The notes under the pieces: model-generated | Seen by the model: the letters and a program-made list of their open reading frames with translations, nothing else | Told to the model about the DNA's origin: nothing | The model's database searches: none | Assembly: GCA_976226885.1 (NCBI GenBank) | Contig: OZ320316.1 | Location: 81,964,001 to 82,028,000 of the forward strand | Length of the DNA stretch: 64,000 nt | Origin: Iphione sp. A-MEVVRFRX5 | Lineage: Eukaryota | Direction of reading: 5' to 3' | Program-made: the position numbers and the translations under genes | In this document: positions 37,001 through 48,230 of the stretch, piece by piece | Layout of the letters: every line of letters begins with the position of its first letter | How positions within the stretch are numbered: position 1 is the first letter of the stretch

Positions 37001-38465
37001 AAATTCGTCCTTTCACACAGGTTACTTCCAAATGACAAGGTTTGCGCCTCGCTTGTAGCTTATGCCCAAAGCGAGCTTTTTCGAATGAGCGGCATCAAAC
37101 GATGGCTGCTAAGACACGAAATGTTGAGTGTGTAAACCTCTGACCCAGTCACATTCCAGTTATTAGTTATCATACCTTCTATGTGTTTATGTATGTTGTT
37201 TTTCCTATATATTCGCACAAAAAGGTGCATGTAAATTCTTGCAAAAGTCATGTTGCTTTTAAAAAAGCCTATTGCATCTTATTAAAACTTTTTTGTCGAC
37301 GAAGGTATGGTTAATATTCCAACGAAATAATTCGTCTTTCCTTTCGTTTCAGGGGTCAGTTCTACGAGAAGCATCTCAAATTCATCAAACTTAATGACAA
37401 ATTCGTGCCTTTTACCCAGAGAGATCTTTCATACCTCAAGAAGGTAAGGTATATTCTGTATACTTGCACTATCAATTAAATGGACAAAACCGGCAATAAG
37501 ATAACAGGTGTGATACATATATATTCCATCTTTCGTCCTGATTTTGACGTTTTCCAGAGTGGACGACAGTTATGGAACAAATGGCAATCTTCTGACTTGT
37601 AAAACGATCAATTTTTTTCTCATCTTTATGCTGATCTCATACCATAATCAAGCCACTCGGCTAGTTCAGCTTAGACGCCTATGAAATATTATAATGTACT
37701 TGATTTATCAGCAATATTACTGGTGATATACTCCCCATACCAACTAATTATCGGTTTTCCTTACATAACATCCTTATGCTTTTGGTGTTTGGGTTTTTTG
37801 TAGGAAAACTATGATGAAAGTTTTGTACGGACGGTGTACAGTGCGCCACTGTTGACGGTGAACCAGGTGCTCTCAGGTGCTATATCGGAGCACCGAGTCG
37901 TGCGGGTACACTACAGCGACAAACAGGCCTTCAAGACACAAGCCAAGCAGCTTGGTATCATGGACGACCTGAAAGTAAGCATGATTAGCTCGGGCCGGAG
38001 CACATGTGCCCACAGGGAGCACTCTCACGGCGACATACATGATTGATACAGCTAGGACGCCTGTGCAACAACGGACATTCATTTCGAGATATGTAGCATG
38101 TCTCCTAGGTGTTTTGGGTGCAACAAGGTGCTCCTGGGGTAAAGCGGATGGTTCGAAGGCACATCGACCACTACGACAGATTAACACACGGAAATCGAAC
38201 AGACCTGCTAAATTTGTCTATCTCACATGCGTGCAGCTATATACCCTAGTGTAGTAATGAACGATTAAGAGTTGATGTAATAGATAATGAAATTTGGTGC
38301 AGTAGAATTGCTTCCATGGTGATAACCTGTTGCGGTTTGCTTGACTTGCAGTCGGGCGTCCCGCGCGCGGGCTACCGTGGTGTGGTCAGCTTCATGTTCA
38401 ACGGCCGGCGGGTCTTCTTCGCCCCGCCCCCCGATTGGAAGGGCTACGACAAGAGCTGGAACTAG
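8302..38465 (+). CDS. MGAT1: MGAT1 alpha-1,3-mannosyl-glycoprotein 2-beta-N-acetylglucosaminyltransferase (GnT-I, GT13), multi-exon, 5'-partial. Join: 8302-8329, [12334-12478 OR 13263-13389], 23443-23620, 24927-25035, 25777-25915, 27680-27814, 30039-30129, 31800-31904, 37353-37443, 37804-37974, 38352-38465
   Basis: The hand-spliced translation gives [12 protein letters not shown]...[18 protein letters not shown]...[15 protein letters not shown]...[16 protein letters not shown]...[10 protein letters not shown]...[13 protein letters not shown]...WPKTFWDDWMR...[11 protein letters not shown]...[14 protein letters not shown]...[17 protein letters not shown]...GYDKSWN*, which is collinear with the known GnT-I sequence. 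All introns are GT-AG and the phases are consistent. Confidence 0.97.
12334..12478 (+). CDS. MGAT1: MGAT1 stem exon A (coiled coil [48 protein letters not shown])
   Basis: Acceptor tgtttgtccgcag, donor AAAA|gtgagt. 145 nt, phase 0 to 1, with a heptad pattern and GC3-rich codons like the catalytic exons. Joins 23443 in frame (A+GG = Arg). Confidence 0.85.
13263..13389 (+). CDS. MGAT1: MGAT1 stem exon B (coiled coil [42 protein letters not shown])
   Basis: Branch-like gctgac, pyrimidine tract, acceptor tgcag and donor CTTC|gtgagt. 127 nt, phase 0 to 1, paralogous to exon A. Joins 23443 in frame (C+GG = Arg). Confidence 0.8.
23443..23620 (+). CDS. MGAT1: MGAT1 exon: end of stem and start of catalytic domain ([24 protein letters not shown])
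   Basis: tttgacag acceptor, AA|gtgcgt donor. Matches GnT-I IPILVIACDRSTVRRCLDKLL. Confidence 0.95.
24927..25035 (+). CDS. MGAT1: MGAT1 exon ([36 protein letters not shown])
   Basis: ttgcag acceptor, CAG|gtaact donor, SQDCGH motif. Confidence 0.96.
25777..25915 (+). CDS. MGAT1: MGAT1 exon ([46 protein letters not shown])
   Basis: tgttag acceptor, GAAG|gtaaga donor, [12 protein letters not shown] motif. Confidence 0.96.
26633..26788. other. Assembly gap (N run)
   Basis: Run of N. Confidence 0.99.
27265..27306. repeat. (TATG)n microsatellite
   Basis: Imperfect tatg repeats. Confidence 0.9.
27680..27814 (+). CDS. MGAT1: MGAT1 exon ([45 protein letters not shown])
   Basis: tttcag acceptor, CCAG|gtacgg donor. 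Completes the EDD (DxD-type) motif and contains CVSAWNDNG. Confidence 0.97.
30039..30129 (+). CDS. MGAT1: MGAT1 exon ([30 protein letters not shown])
   Basis: ttttcag acceptor, AAAC|gtgagt donor, [10 protein letters not shown] motif. Confidence 0.97.
30940..31024. repeat. (TA)n microsatellite
   Basis: Pure TA run from about 30978 to 31024, with a degenerate left flank. Confidence 0.97.
31800..31904 (+). CDS. MGAT1: MGAT1 exon ([34 protein letters not shown])
   Basis: ctttcag acceptor, GCAA|gtaagg donor, WDDWMR and CIRPEISRT motifs. Confidence 0.97.
32238..32256 (+). promoter_or_regulatory. CTCF-like motif
   Basis: TGCCCACCAGGGGGCACGC versus the consensus TGGCCACCAGGGGGCGC. Motif match only. 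Confidence 0.45.
37353..37443 (+). CDS. MGAT1: MGAT1 exon ([30 protein letters not shown])
   Basis: cgtttcag acceptor, AAG|gtaagg donor. Matches [14 protein letters not shown]. Confidence 0.96.
37804..37974 (+). CDS. MGAT1: MGAT1 exon ([15 protein letters not shown]...[10 protein letters not shown])
   Basis: ttttgtag acceptor, AAA|gtaagc donor, GIMDDLK motif. Confidence 0.95.
38352..38465 (+). CDS. MGAT1: MGAT1 last coding exon ([37 protein letters not shown])
   Basis: cttgcag acceptor, TAG stop at 38463-38465. The C-terminus is nearly identical to that of GnT-I. Confidence 0.97.
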   Translation, partial: SGVPRAGYRGVVSFMFNGRRVFFAPPPDWKGYDKSWN

Positions 38466-39716
38466 TTGGTCCGTAACTGACGGACAGGCAGATATTCTTT
38501 GGACAGGAGGGATGTCAGTAGCGGACGACGGTTTAAAATGAGATACACTGCTGTCCGGGGACGACACTAGACCCCGCCAGGCCGCCTGGTCTGGTGCTTC
38601 CCTTCTGAGTCTCTCACGGTAATGATGCTGGAGGATTGATGCTGCTGTGCCGCCGTGGTCGCCCATGTATGAACGTGGCTACTACCCCCAACGTGCTGTG
38701 GTAGTGATGCTTATCTTGGACATCCTTTACTCCAGAACGCACTTCATGACGGTATGGAAGGAGATTGATGATAGACACTTCTGGTCAACTCCACATTTGT
38801 ACAAAGATACATCAAAATGTAAATCTATCAGTATAGTGTATGGATATTTTCTATAGAGCTCAGTGGACACGATTGAGCCGCATGAACTGACTTTATATCA
38901 GCATTTCATAGGGTTGTTTCCGGTTCACCTACAGCAACAGAAACCATATAGAGTTCATCCGTCACTGACGCCACAAAGAACCTGTCGCATGTAAAAAATG
39001 CCGCTTAGTCGGTTCACCCTCTTGTCAAGCGTGGCAAGCAGACGACTTTGCGCGTAGAATCCGACGAAGGCCGCCAGCGACCGCCCAGCCATCAACAGGC
39101 ATTTCATCGCGGACCCCATTTCATGATTCCATCATGCCATCAGCTCATGTCCACATCGTCTCTGATTTGGGACTTTTTCGGCGTTTCGTGCACAGGGAAG
39201 GGTTTGCGTCAACTAAAGTATATGGTCTCCAGTACCAGGATATTTGTAGTAATTACAGTGGTGAGGCAACACTGACAAAGAATCTTCAGTCACATAAATG
39301 CTTTGTTTCTATTGACAGGCCACCAAATATTCCATTAGTGTAAAACCTTGTAAATAGTTACCTTATTTTGCGTTAAATACTATGGGGCTGAAAAAAATGC
39401 CCTTAGCATCAGAATGTGCCCCTTTCATTGAGGCCCACAATGTACATATATTCGTGGCTTTTCAATCGCTGTGATAATGAACTGGCCATTTCGAAAGTAT
39501 ATGTCTCTCTCTTTGTGCGTGTTTTTTTGGCCATGGCGAACTGTGGTGGTCCCAGGCCTGTCAGGTCAGACAGATTCTGTTATTACCACCCTGTTGCTTC
39601 AACTAAGATTGCTGCTGAGAACATCACAGTGCTTCAAAGCAGAGCGTAGTTTTAGGTGTTGCTCACTGAAGTGCAGTTTGCGGAATTTCTGAATTCTTTG
39701 AGATATTTCGTCGTGA

Positions 39717-39919
39717 NNNNNNNNNNNNNNNNNNNNNNNNNNNNNNNNNNNNNNNNNNNNNNNNNNNNNNNNNNNNNNNNNNNNNNNNNNNNNNNNNNNN
39801 NNNNNNNNNNNNNNNNNNNNNNNNNNNNNNNNNNNNNNNNNNNNNNNNNNNNNNNNNNNNNNNNNNNNNNNNNNNNNNNNNNNNNNNNNNNNNNNNNNNN
39901 NNNNNNNNNNNNNNNNNNN
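39717..39919. other. Assembly gap (N run)
   Basis: Run of N. Confidence 0.99.
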
Positions 39920-41927
39920 TCTTTCTGTCTTTGTACATGTTTATATAATAATTCTCTTAGGACCGGTTTCTTCATAAAAACTCCGTGTTGCAGGAGTGCA
40001 GAAACAGCAATCATATATATACACACCCGTTTCATTACGCCATTTTCTCCATCAATTCCAGAACTACGCGAATTCCACTTCGGTGTATGACCTAGGTACA
40101 TATGTGTATTTAACAGCCACCTGGTTGGATACCTTGTTGAGCTATGTCTGAGATATATGGGATATTGGTAATAGATATGTGCGTTAGCTACCATCCAGGC
40201 GTCTGATCGATAGGTGCTTTAACAGTGACCAGCTTTCTGTGTTAAACCCGATGGACTTCTCTGGGCAGTCTACTAACTGCAAATGTGTCGCATTTTGATG
40301 CACATTATCCAGTCAGGTTTTAGGCCGAGTGTTACTTCTGACTTGTGGCATGACCACCTAAGTCCATGACAGTTGTGAGGACAAAAATTGTTGGACCTCG
40401 AACGACGTTGACAGTGTAGATGCATGTATTGGAAGATGTATACCAGGGTTTCTGTACATGCCATGTATTCCCTGCCCCCCCCCCCCAATCCAACATTGCG
40501 TTTTTATCCAACCCTCCATTATTCACACCAATACTCTTCTTGGACTTAATTTACACAGGGAGAATGTCTGAATGCGTATAAGAAAGAACACGAGAAAATA
40601 AGCTGTGATTTTACGCGTACAAGAAACGGAGCGCACGAAGACTTTCTGTAGCACCCAAGGAGTCGTCGCATCCATGTAGAAGAGGTATTTGTCGATGCCT
40701 CTTGAAATGTAGACCTTAAATCGCTCAATGTACAGAGGCCGCGGACAATCTTTTAGTTCTCCCAAACACCACCTTTGTGAAAGTGTTACTTCGTGTTTTT
40801 TCATTTTATGAAAATGTGTGTCTTGCCTTCAATTTTGTTTGCGAACATTATATGATGAAAGGGACAGAACACACCAGTTTACCTGCAGTGGAAGGGCACA
40901 GCTGAGGAGATAGTGGGTAGAGGTGTATCCAGTGTAGATAGGATGTGTATTTAGGGGGGGGGGAGATTATTTCGGAAGTTACCAGGGATATGCTCACTAT
41001 TGTGTGGAGAAGCATCTTTTAGCCGAAAATAGACTAAAGACTTATTTTATATATGTCAGTGAAAGGACGGTGCAATGCTTGTTCCACACGGTAGAAAATC
41101 ATGTATGTAATATGAACATAACAGTACAGTATTTTACTCAGAATAAGCAAAGGTATTATTGAAAAGCCCTGCGTCTTTGTGGCACGAACATTATCTAGTG
41201 TTGTATTCCTTCAAAACGTTATTTCCTTATAGTTATTTTTCCGAAGGATTTTGTTCCTAATGGGCTTCGGAAAGACATTCTATATTGCATGTATACCAAG
41301 AAATGTTCCATGGAGGGTACTATTGGCCTCGTCATAGTGCTGTACACCTTTGGTGCGTCAGGACCATGTCTCAAAAATGCCCAATAAGCACTTCATAAAA
41401 GGGCCTCGCACTCCTCTTAGGAGGCCACACCTCTGAGCTTTGCGCGTTGCTGATGGCAAGTTAGGGACAGTGGCGGATGCCTGTGAGTACATGTAACGTG
41501 CATTATCGCGTCCTCCAACATCGCCTAGACCCCCGCTAGCTGAGAACTCTCTTGGCCGCCAGGGAGATCGCCTCATGGCGACCGGAGGTGTAGCGTTAAG
41601 CGCCGCGCGGGTCCTTTATTATCGTCCATTTACGGATGCGCCTGCTGCGTCTAATGAGCCATCTCTGGAAGTCTTCAGCCCGGCGGGTTGCTGAGGGAGG
41701 ACGGCGCCTGGTAGCTAGGTACGCCGCTGCTGGCCGCCTAATCACCGACCGTCGCTGGCAGACACACGACCATTTGGGGCCTGTCTCTTCTCACTGGCGG
41801 TGCTTGCCAGGGCCACCCACATCCTAGCGGCATCAAGCCTTCCGTACGACTGCCCTTGACGGGAGGGCGACGTACTTCTAGGCTTGCCGTTATGGCCAAG
41901 CATGTTACCTGATTTACGGATTTCTCT

Positions 41928-42183
41928 NNNNNNNNNNNNNNNNNNNNNNNNNNNNNNNNNNNNNNNNNNNNNNNNNNNNNNNNNNNNNNNNNNNNNNNNN
42001 NNNNNNNNNNNNNNNNNNNNNNNNNNNNNNNNNNNNNNNNNNNNNNNNNNNNNNNNNNNNNNNNNNNNNNNNNNNNNNNNNNNNNNNNNNNNNNNNNNNN
42101 NNNNNNNNNNNNNNNNNNNNNNNNNNNNNNNNNNNNNNNNNNNNNNNNNNNNNNNNNNNNNNNNNNNNNNNNNNNNNNNNNNN
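41928..42183. other. Assembly gap (N run)
   Basis: Run of N. Confidence 0.99.
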
Positions 42184-43009
42184 TACATTGACAGGTACAT
42201 GTATGTTTCTCCTGGTATCTGAAAGCCTTTCAGCTAGGTCAAGTGAAAACATTGCAAGTAGATAACGACAGATGTCGCGTTACTCTATCAGAACTGGCTA
42301 CTCACACGATTTACGGGGAATTTTTATTGGTTCATGTTCACATTTATTGTATTTTAACTTTAATTAGGGATATCTACAAGTCCGGGTGAAAGAGAATTCA
42401 TATGTATGGTTATTGTATGTGTATATATGGATTTGGGATTATTTTTCTCGTAACGATAATTTAGTTTGGGTTCCTTGATAATTGGTCATATGTTCTTCCT
42501 ACGACTAGGAATATGGCTGGTCACTTATTGTTTATAGTTTCATGACATAACAGTACATGACCGAATAAGCCTTGTTGTTCTTAAGGCGGTTCACGATATA
42601 AAAAGCCTTTGTTTGCTAATGAAAAAAAATCAAAGATATTTGCAGCACATTTTCCACAAGTAAACCTGCGACTGAGAATAATCATGTTTCTCATACTGAC
42701 GTCAAAACAGCATGCAATTTGTCACCGTTCATACTATATATTATATCGAGATACCGCGAATAAAGTGTTTGTGATATTTCTATGAATTGTAATCTTTCTT
42801 CGTGACATCTTTGAGGAACATGGGAAACAGATTTAGAAAGACGGATGTTTTCATCAATGTTTTTCATCAGAAGACTTTTAGACAAAACGCTCACCTTAAT
42901 CCATGTTGAATCCATCTATTTGTCAGACTCATAGATATAGAGAAGTAATATTTGCACACATAGTCGCTCAATACAGTAACAGATCAATCTAGAGAACCAA
43001 AAGAGCGAC

Positions 43010-43190
43010 TCTTTGCTGGGCGAATCAACGTTATGAGATTCGCTGATCTGTTTCCATTTCCAATCTTTCAATAATTTCCGGTCCATTCTCCATAGTTCAT
43101 CCAGTGGATCTGTATGCGATACCGAATCAAACGCCTTGGAGTAATCAACATTATGACAAACTGCAATCCGTAGGTTTTCATGCTCTGTAT
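43010..43190 (-). mobile_element. Non-LTR retrotransposon RT fragment (degraded)
   Basis: The minus strand reads AVCHNVDYSKAFDSVSH, resembling the RT motif F.D..KAFD.V.H. Confidence 0.5.
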
Positions 43191-44977
43191 TAATTAAATG
43201 ATAGGTAGTCTGTATACACGTAATTTAGGTGGTGGACTTAGTGCATTAATAGTGCCTCAGGATGCGCAGGATATCTTCTCGCATGTCCTGCACTTCATGA
43301 ACAATAAATCAGGTACTCGAAGAACGAATTCAGGCAAAATATCTCAATATAATTACATTTGTAGATGTGTGCACAGACATCTGATTTGTGAGCCAGTTCT
43401 TCGGGGATCGATTAAACACACCCTCTCCCAATACACAGCTCAACTGTAATCTTTAAAAAAAGTCTTCTTACCTTTTTTTCGCCAGAGCAGCTTAGGGAAG
43501 AGAGGTAATGCTCATTCTAAGTTGCACTTGAAGGTTAATTGCAAGTTACTCTATTCCCTGAAATGAGAGAGTGCCCTGTATTTTGTTTGATAGTAGTAGA
43601 AGACCAACTTCGTCCAGTTCTCTTGACATTAGAGCGTGCCACTGACGGAATCATACTGCAAAACCTCCCCCCCTTCTCCTCCAGGAAAGAATACATATCG
43701 CACAGTGTGGTAGCTGCTGCACTTACAAATTCCCATCGGTGCCTCGTGAGATCATCAGAATAAAATACTGCAACCCCCCATTCCACTTTTAGTGCATGAA
43801 AGCAAAAATAGTAGGGTTCAACTGACAAGTGGAGAGGACCATTTACCAGGAAACTATCAGGCGGAATTCATATTCGCATCCTTACCACGCATAACTGAAA
43901 TTGGAATCTAGTACGTAGGAAAAAATGCACATCATAGAAAATAAAATACGGACAAAGAAGAGTAAGGTGGCCGGTGTTAATAAAGTATATATAATGTGAG
44001 ATAAGCGCGTGCTATTTCCTGCTAGAGTGAGAGTAAGATAGAGCTTTTTGAACGTACATGTATGTGTAAGAGCAATTGCTTTTTTGATTTTTTACATTGG
44101 CTTTTTGATAGTTTCCCTCAATGCTCTCAGCGCGTTAATGGTGGCCCTCTGGTGATTGAAGCATGATGCTGTCTGTCACATCATATCATTGTAATTGCAT
44201 CTTTAAGATGACAATTAATTGTCCATTTGAACCTTGAGGACAGGATAGCTCTATGCATTTTAGAAATATATAAAATTTTGTCAGTTAATAACCAATGGTA
44301 GGCCCTTGGTACAGTACAAATATGGTTAGGGGTGATGAAATATTTTTACGTCATACGTTTTTTTTCGCAAAGTCATGGACTTATGGTCTTTGGTAGATAA
44401 CAGGTGCTTGGTACAGTGAAAATTTGGTTAAGTTTGGCAAATACATGTACATGTAGTCCTTATTGTAGAGTGTTGATAGCTGTCTAGTGGGTTCTGTCAG
44501 ATTTACTCCATTCAGATTAGGTGAGACTCTGCATCTTTAATTGGAGTAGGGAAGACAAGTTACTGTGATTTCTATATTGGACTTATCTTGCCCACTGGCC
44601 CGTCCTGAGGCTACACTCGAGGCACACACTCGCTGGAAATTAAACCTCACCCCCAATCTCGACAGCCTTTTATTCTCAGTAGCAGCTGGCGAATCGGCAG
44701 CAATCTATGTCATCAAGAATTAAGGCGCTTGGAGCCCTGCTCTCGAGGGGATTACCGTGTATTAGTGTTAATACTACTCTGTATTTCAGCCTGTATAGGC
44801 ACTCTAGTATCATAGGACGTACTGTGTGTCTCCCGATCAAGTTTGATTCAAACTAGACCTCATTTGTCAGTGACTTTACAGCCAAATAAAGTCAGATTCC
44901 TTGAGAGACAACCAGACTGGGTGACCCAGTACACAGGTAAAATAGCAACCCACTGTATGGGTAACTCAACCACGAGG

Positions 44978-45099
44978 GCAACTCAGAATTCAAGGCAAGT
45001 TTGACTGGTCCCTATAATATTACCAACTCGGGTTGCAGGAAAACTCACAGTTAAGGGTAAAATTGTCTGGTCCGCTCGGTGGCCTTAATTCTGAGTTGC
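44978..45099. repeat. Short inverted-repeat (MITE-like) element
   Basis: gcaactcagaattcaagg ... ccttaattctgagttgc, a 17-18 bp inverted repeat with one bulge. Confidence 0.45.
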
Positions 45100-45439
45100 G
45101 TTCAAAGTTAATTGTCATTCGTGTAATAATTATAGGCCCGTTCATGAGATATAAGTGAACACCAGTATGGTACCGTACTGAATAATATAGATGGTCATAT
45201 CACTCAGTAACTAGTTAGAAAATAAACAGCATACATCTAGAGGTATTAGGACAGAATAATGGCGGTCACAATTAAAACATAGCTATTTATAATCTTTAGA
45301 TACTCAGCACTTTTTTTATGTTTTTTATGCATTCCATGTTTCTAATTTTTGTTTATGCATTCCATACATGTATGTATGTTTCCAGAACTTACATGGAATG
45401 CATAATTGCTCCTGATCTTGTTACATTTTGCAGTTTGTC

Positions 45440-48230
45440 CATGGGTATTACGTTTACGAGATCAAAATATTTAAATAGTGGTGGTATAAAACATGTTTAG
45501 TTTCTTGACATTCACAAGCGCACCAGGGTCATTTCGTTTACCAATAGAAGTCCTTTCTACTAGAAGACCATGTTTTATAAACTCCACTAAATGCTGTCTC
45601 TACAGTATGTGGTAGGAAGGAACACACGGAGTATATTGTACTCCTTGAATTGAGGTGTCTCAGATCAGAGACCATTTTACCAGTGATTTCTTTCAGTGGC
45701 ACAGAGTCTGACAGGTTAACAGGTGTTTCTTCAGAATCATGAGGTCCTTGCTCCTTTTGATCTCCACTGCAGGTTCTCACTCCGCTTTTTTCTAGCATGT
45801 ACATGATAAATAGTCGAAGACTGGGACCACAAACACCTTAAAGAGCCTCACTGTGTCCCTACAGGGTAACAATGGGGTGAGTCTGGCTAGGCCCAAGGAA
45901 CGCTGCCTGGCCTTCCTTTTCACCCCCATCACCATTGGTTTCCAGTTTAGGCTATCGTCGTCTTTAATATAGCCAAGGAAAGCAGCCACACTGAGTTTCT
46001 TTATTTTGGTCATCGAGATTGACAGATCAAGATCAAGGCAACGTGCCTTCCCAGATACCATGTAGAACATCTTATCAGGGTCAAGGATGAGGCCAAGTTC
46101 AGCACACCAATTGGTTACATCATTTAAGCCCCTCTGCAGCTTCAACTTTAGACTTAATATGTTTGTAGCTTGATACTAAATGGTAGTCATCTGCATACAT
46201 TGAAGTTTGGGAACTGACAAGGTTTGGGGGCATTGTGTTCATCACTAGAGTGAACTCCAGGGCGCATACGAAGCTTCCTTATGGAACCCCCTGCTTCACA
46301 GGTTTGGTATCTGAGGAAGTGCCATTACATGCTGCAAAGCTGGTGTCTTCCCCGCAGCTAGCAGCTTGCCCAATCAACAGCCGGAGTACCAACACCATAG
46401 GCGATTGACCACTAGATCATGATTTACAGCAGCAAATGCCTTGCTCAGATTCAGGAAGACGGCACCAAAGTGTCTATCATGATTAAGGGCATCATAGCAA
46501 TCCCTCAAGATTACCGCTACTGCAGTGTTGGTCCCTCTATCGCTGTGGAAACCGTGTTGTTCAGCTACCATCTGTGCATGGATCTCGAGATGGCTAGTGA
46601 GGTGTATATGTACAAAAATTTCCACAAATTTACTCATACCATGAAGAATCGTTATGGGGTGGTAGTTCTTATTCATATATGTTGGCTTTTTCTTACTAAC
46701 TGGGTTAACCCTGCAGGTTTTCTAGACAGCAAGGAAGACACTATTTTGAAGCGATTGGTTTAAAATCGACCACACAAGGTCAATGCAAACAATGAGAGAG
46801 TCTCCGAAAACAACCATTGGAACTCCCCGAATACCTGAGGACTTACGGGGGTCTATTTGATTAATGAGCTTTCTAAGCTCTGTAGGAGTAAGCATGGGAA
46901 GCTCCCAACCACTATCCATGGGCAAATTGACCAGGGCATCTGATTGGACATCAGACCTCAGCCTTGTCATAAAACCAGCTGTTAAGCACAGTCAGGTAGT
47001 CTGTCACTGATAACCACTGGTCCCCCTCCTTAAGGATTACATCGGTGGGAGTGAATTTTTGCCCAAAACATTACTGCCGTCACATTCTAGTAAACCCTGG
47101 AACCCTTGAAGTGATGTAATTTGGCCTTAATGAGGTTGCTTTTCGCGTTCCTAACTAGGGTCCAAACCACTTTCCTGTAGAACACTCCTATGTAAAAAAA
47201 CAACACAGCCCATTCGCTTGTGAACTTTGAAAACGTATTTACGATTGTAATAGCTTCCACTCATTTGTGGTGTTGACTCGCCCTTTTCTTACAGGGCACA
47301 GTGTCCCGGCCGCTACTCTCATCCCTTCTTCCATTTCACTCCAGCATTCAGTGGCAATAGTACGTTAGAAAGGACTGGCAGCCCATACCCCCTGTACGAT
47401 CTCTCTTCATACTCCAGTATGTGGTGACTCTTCCTTGAATTTTTTTCCTAATGAACACGGGGCAATGATCACTGGCAAAGACGTCTAGGACACCAGAGTC
47501 ACAAACATACATTAATTTAGAAAAAAATAAAATCAGTACATGACTTGCAGGTTTTGCGTACCAGTGTTGGCTGTTCAAAATACTGACCCAATCCTGGGAG
47601 GCGCAAGCTGGATTCAAGCTTACCTTTGTTACGACCATTATTAACCCTCCAGTTGATGTTCAGGTCGCCACCAATCACAATATCACATCCAGATGGAATA
47701 ACACCACGACATCCCTGAAAATAATCACATACAATGTCAACCTTTATTGGAGGAGGACAATACCATACACACATGGATACATGTAAGATTTACGTATGAA
47801 CCAAGAAAATAAACTACATAATAATATGTATGATAACTCTAATCGTATTTGATTTAAGAGACATGTTGATAATTGAGCCAAACGGTTCATATGTCTGTTT
47901 CAACTGAGTTAAATAAGATAATGGATTGCGATGATTGCTATATAGCTCTCTACATACTCTCTATCTCATCACAATCCAACTTACGATCACATAGTTCCTC
48001 ATTCGTACAGGCTTTGTCCACATACACGGCTGTACCAACGCCTCTTACTTTTGCGCTAGAGAATTTGTCATTCCTGTGTAGTGCACCAGAGGGTAGCTGT
48101 GGCAAATCAGAGTCAATCGACGGCGATAGCCACATCTTAGACACTCTTCTGGCGAGAGACCATGAGGGTCTGGACATCACCTAGCTTCGGTAGCAAGCTC
48201 CTAGAATTCCAGAAGATGATCTCACGTCTC
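45440..48230 (-). mobile_element. Degraded CR1/L2-type LINE ORF2 (APE endonuclease + reverse transcriptase)
   Basis: Motifs occur in the expected order on the minus strand: NSRSLLPK, WLSPSIDSD, RGVGTAVYV, YCPP, GGDLNINW, SDHCPVF, KSSGIRG, NYHPITIL, EQHGF, FLNLSKAF, GVP*GS, YADD (46185-46200), NWCAELGL, FLGY. Many stops and frameshifts. Confidence 0.92.

Noticed and set aside
26493-42252. Long ORFs containing X runs
   Set aside because: They are open only because they cross N gaps.
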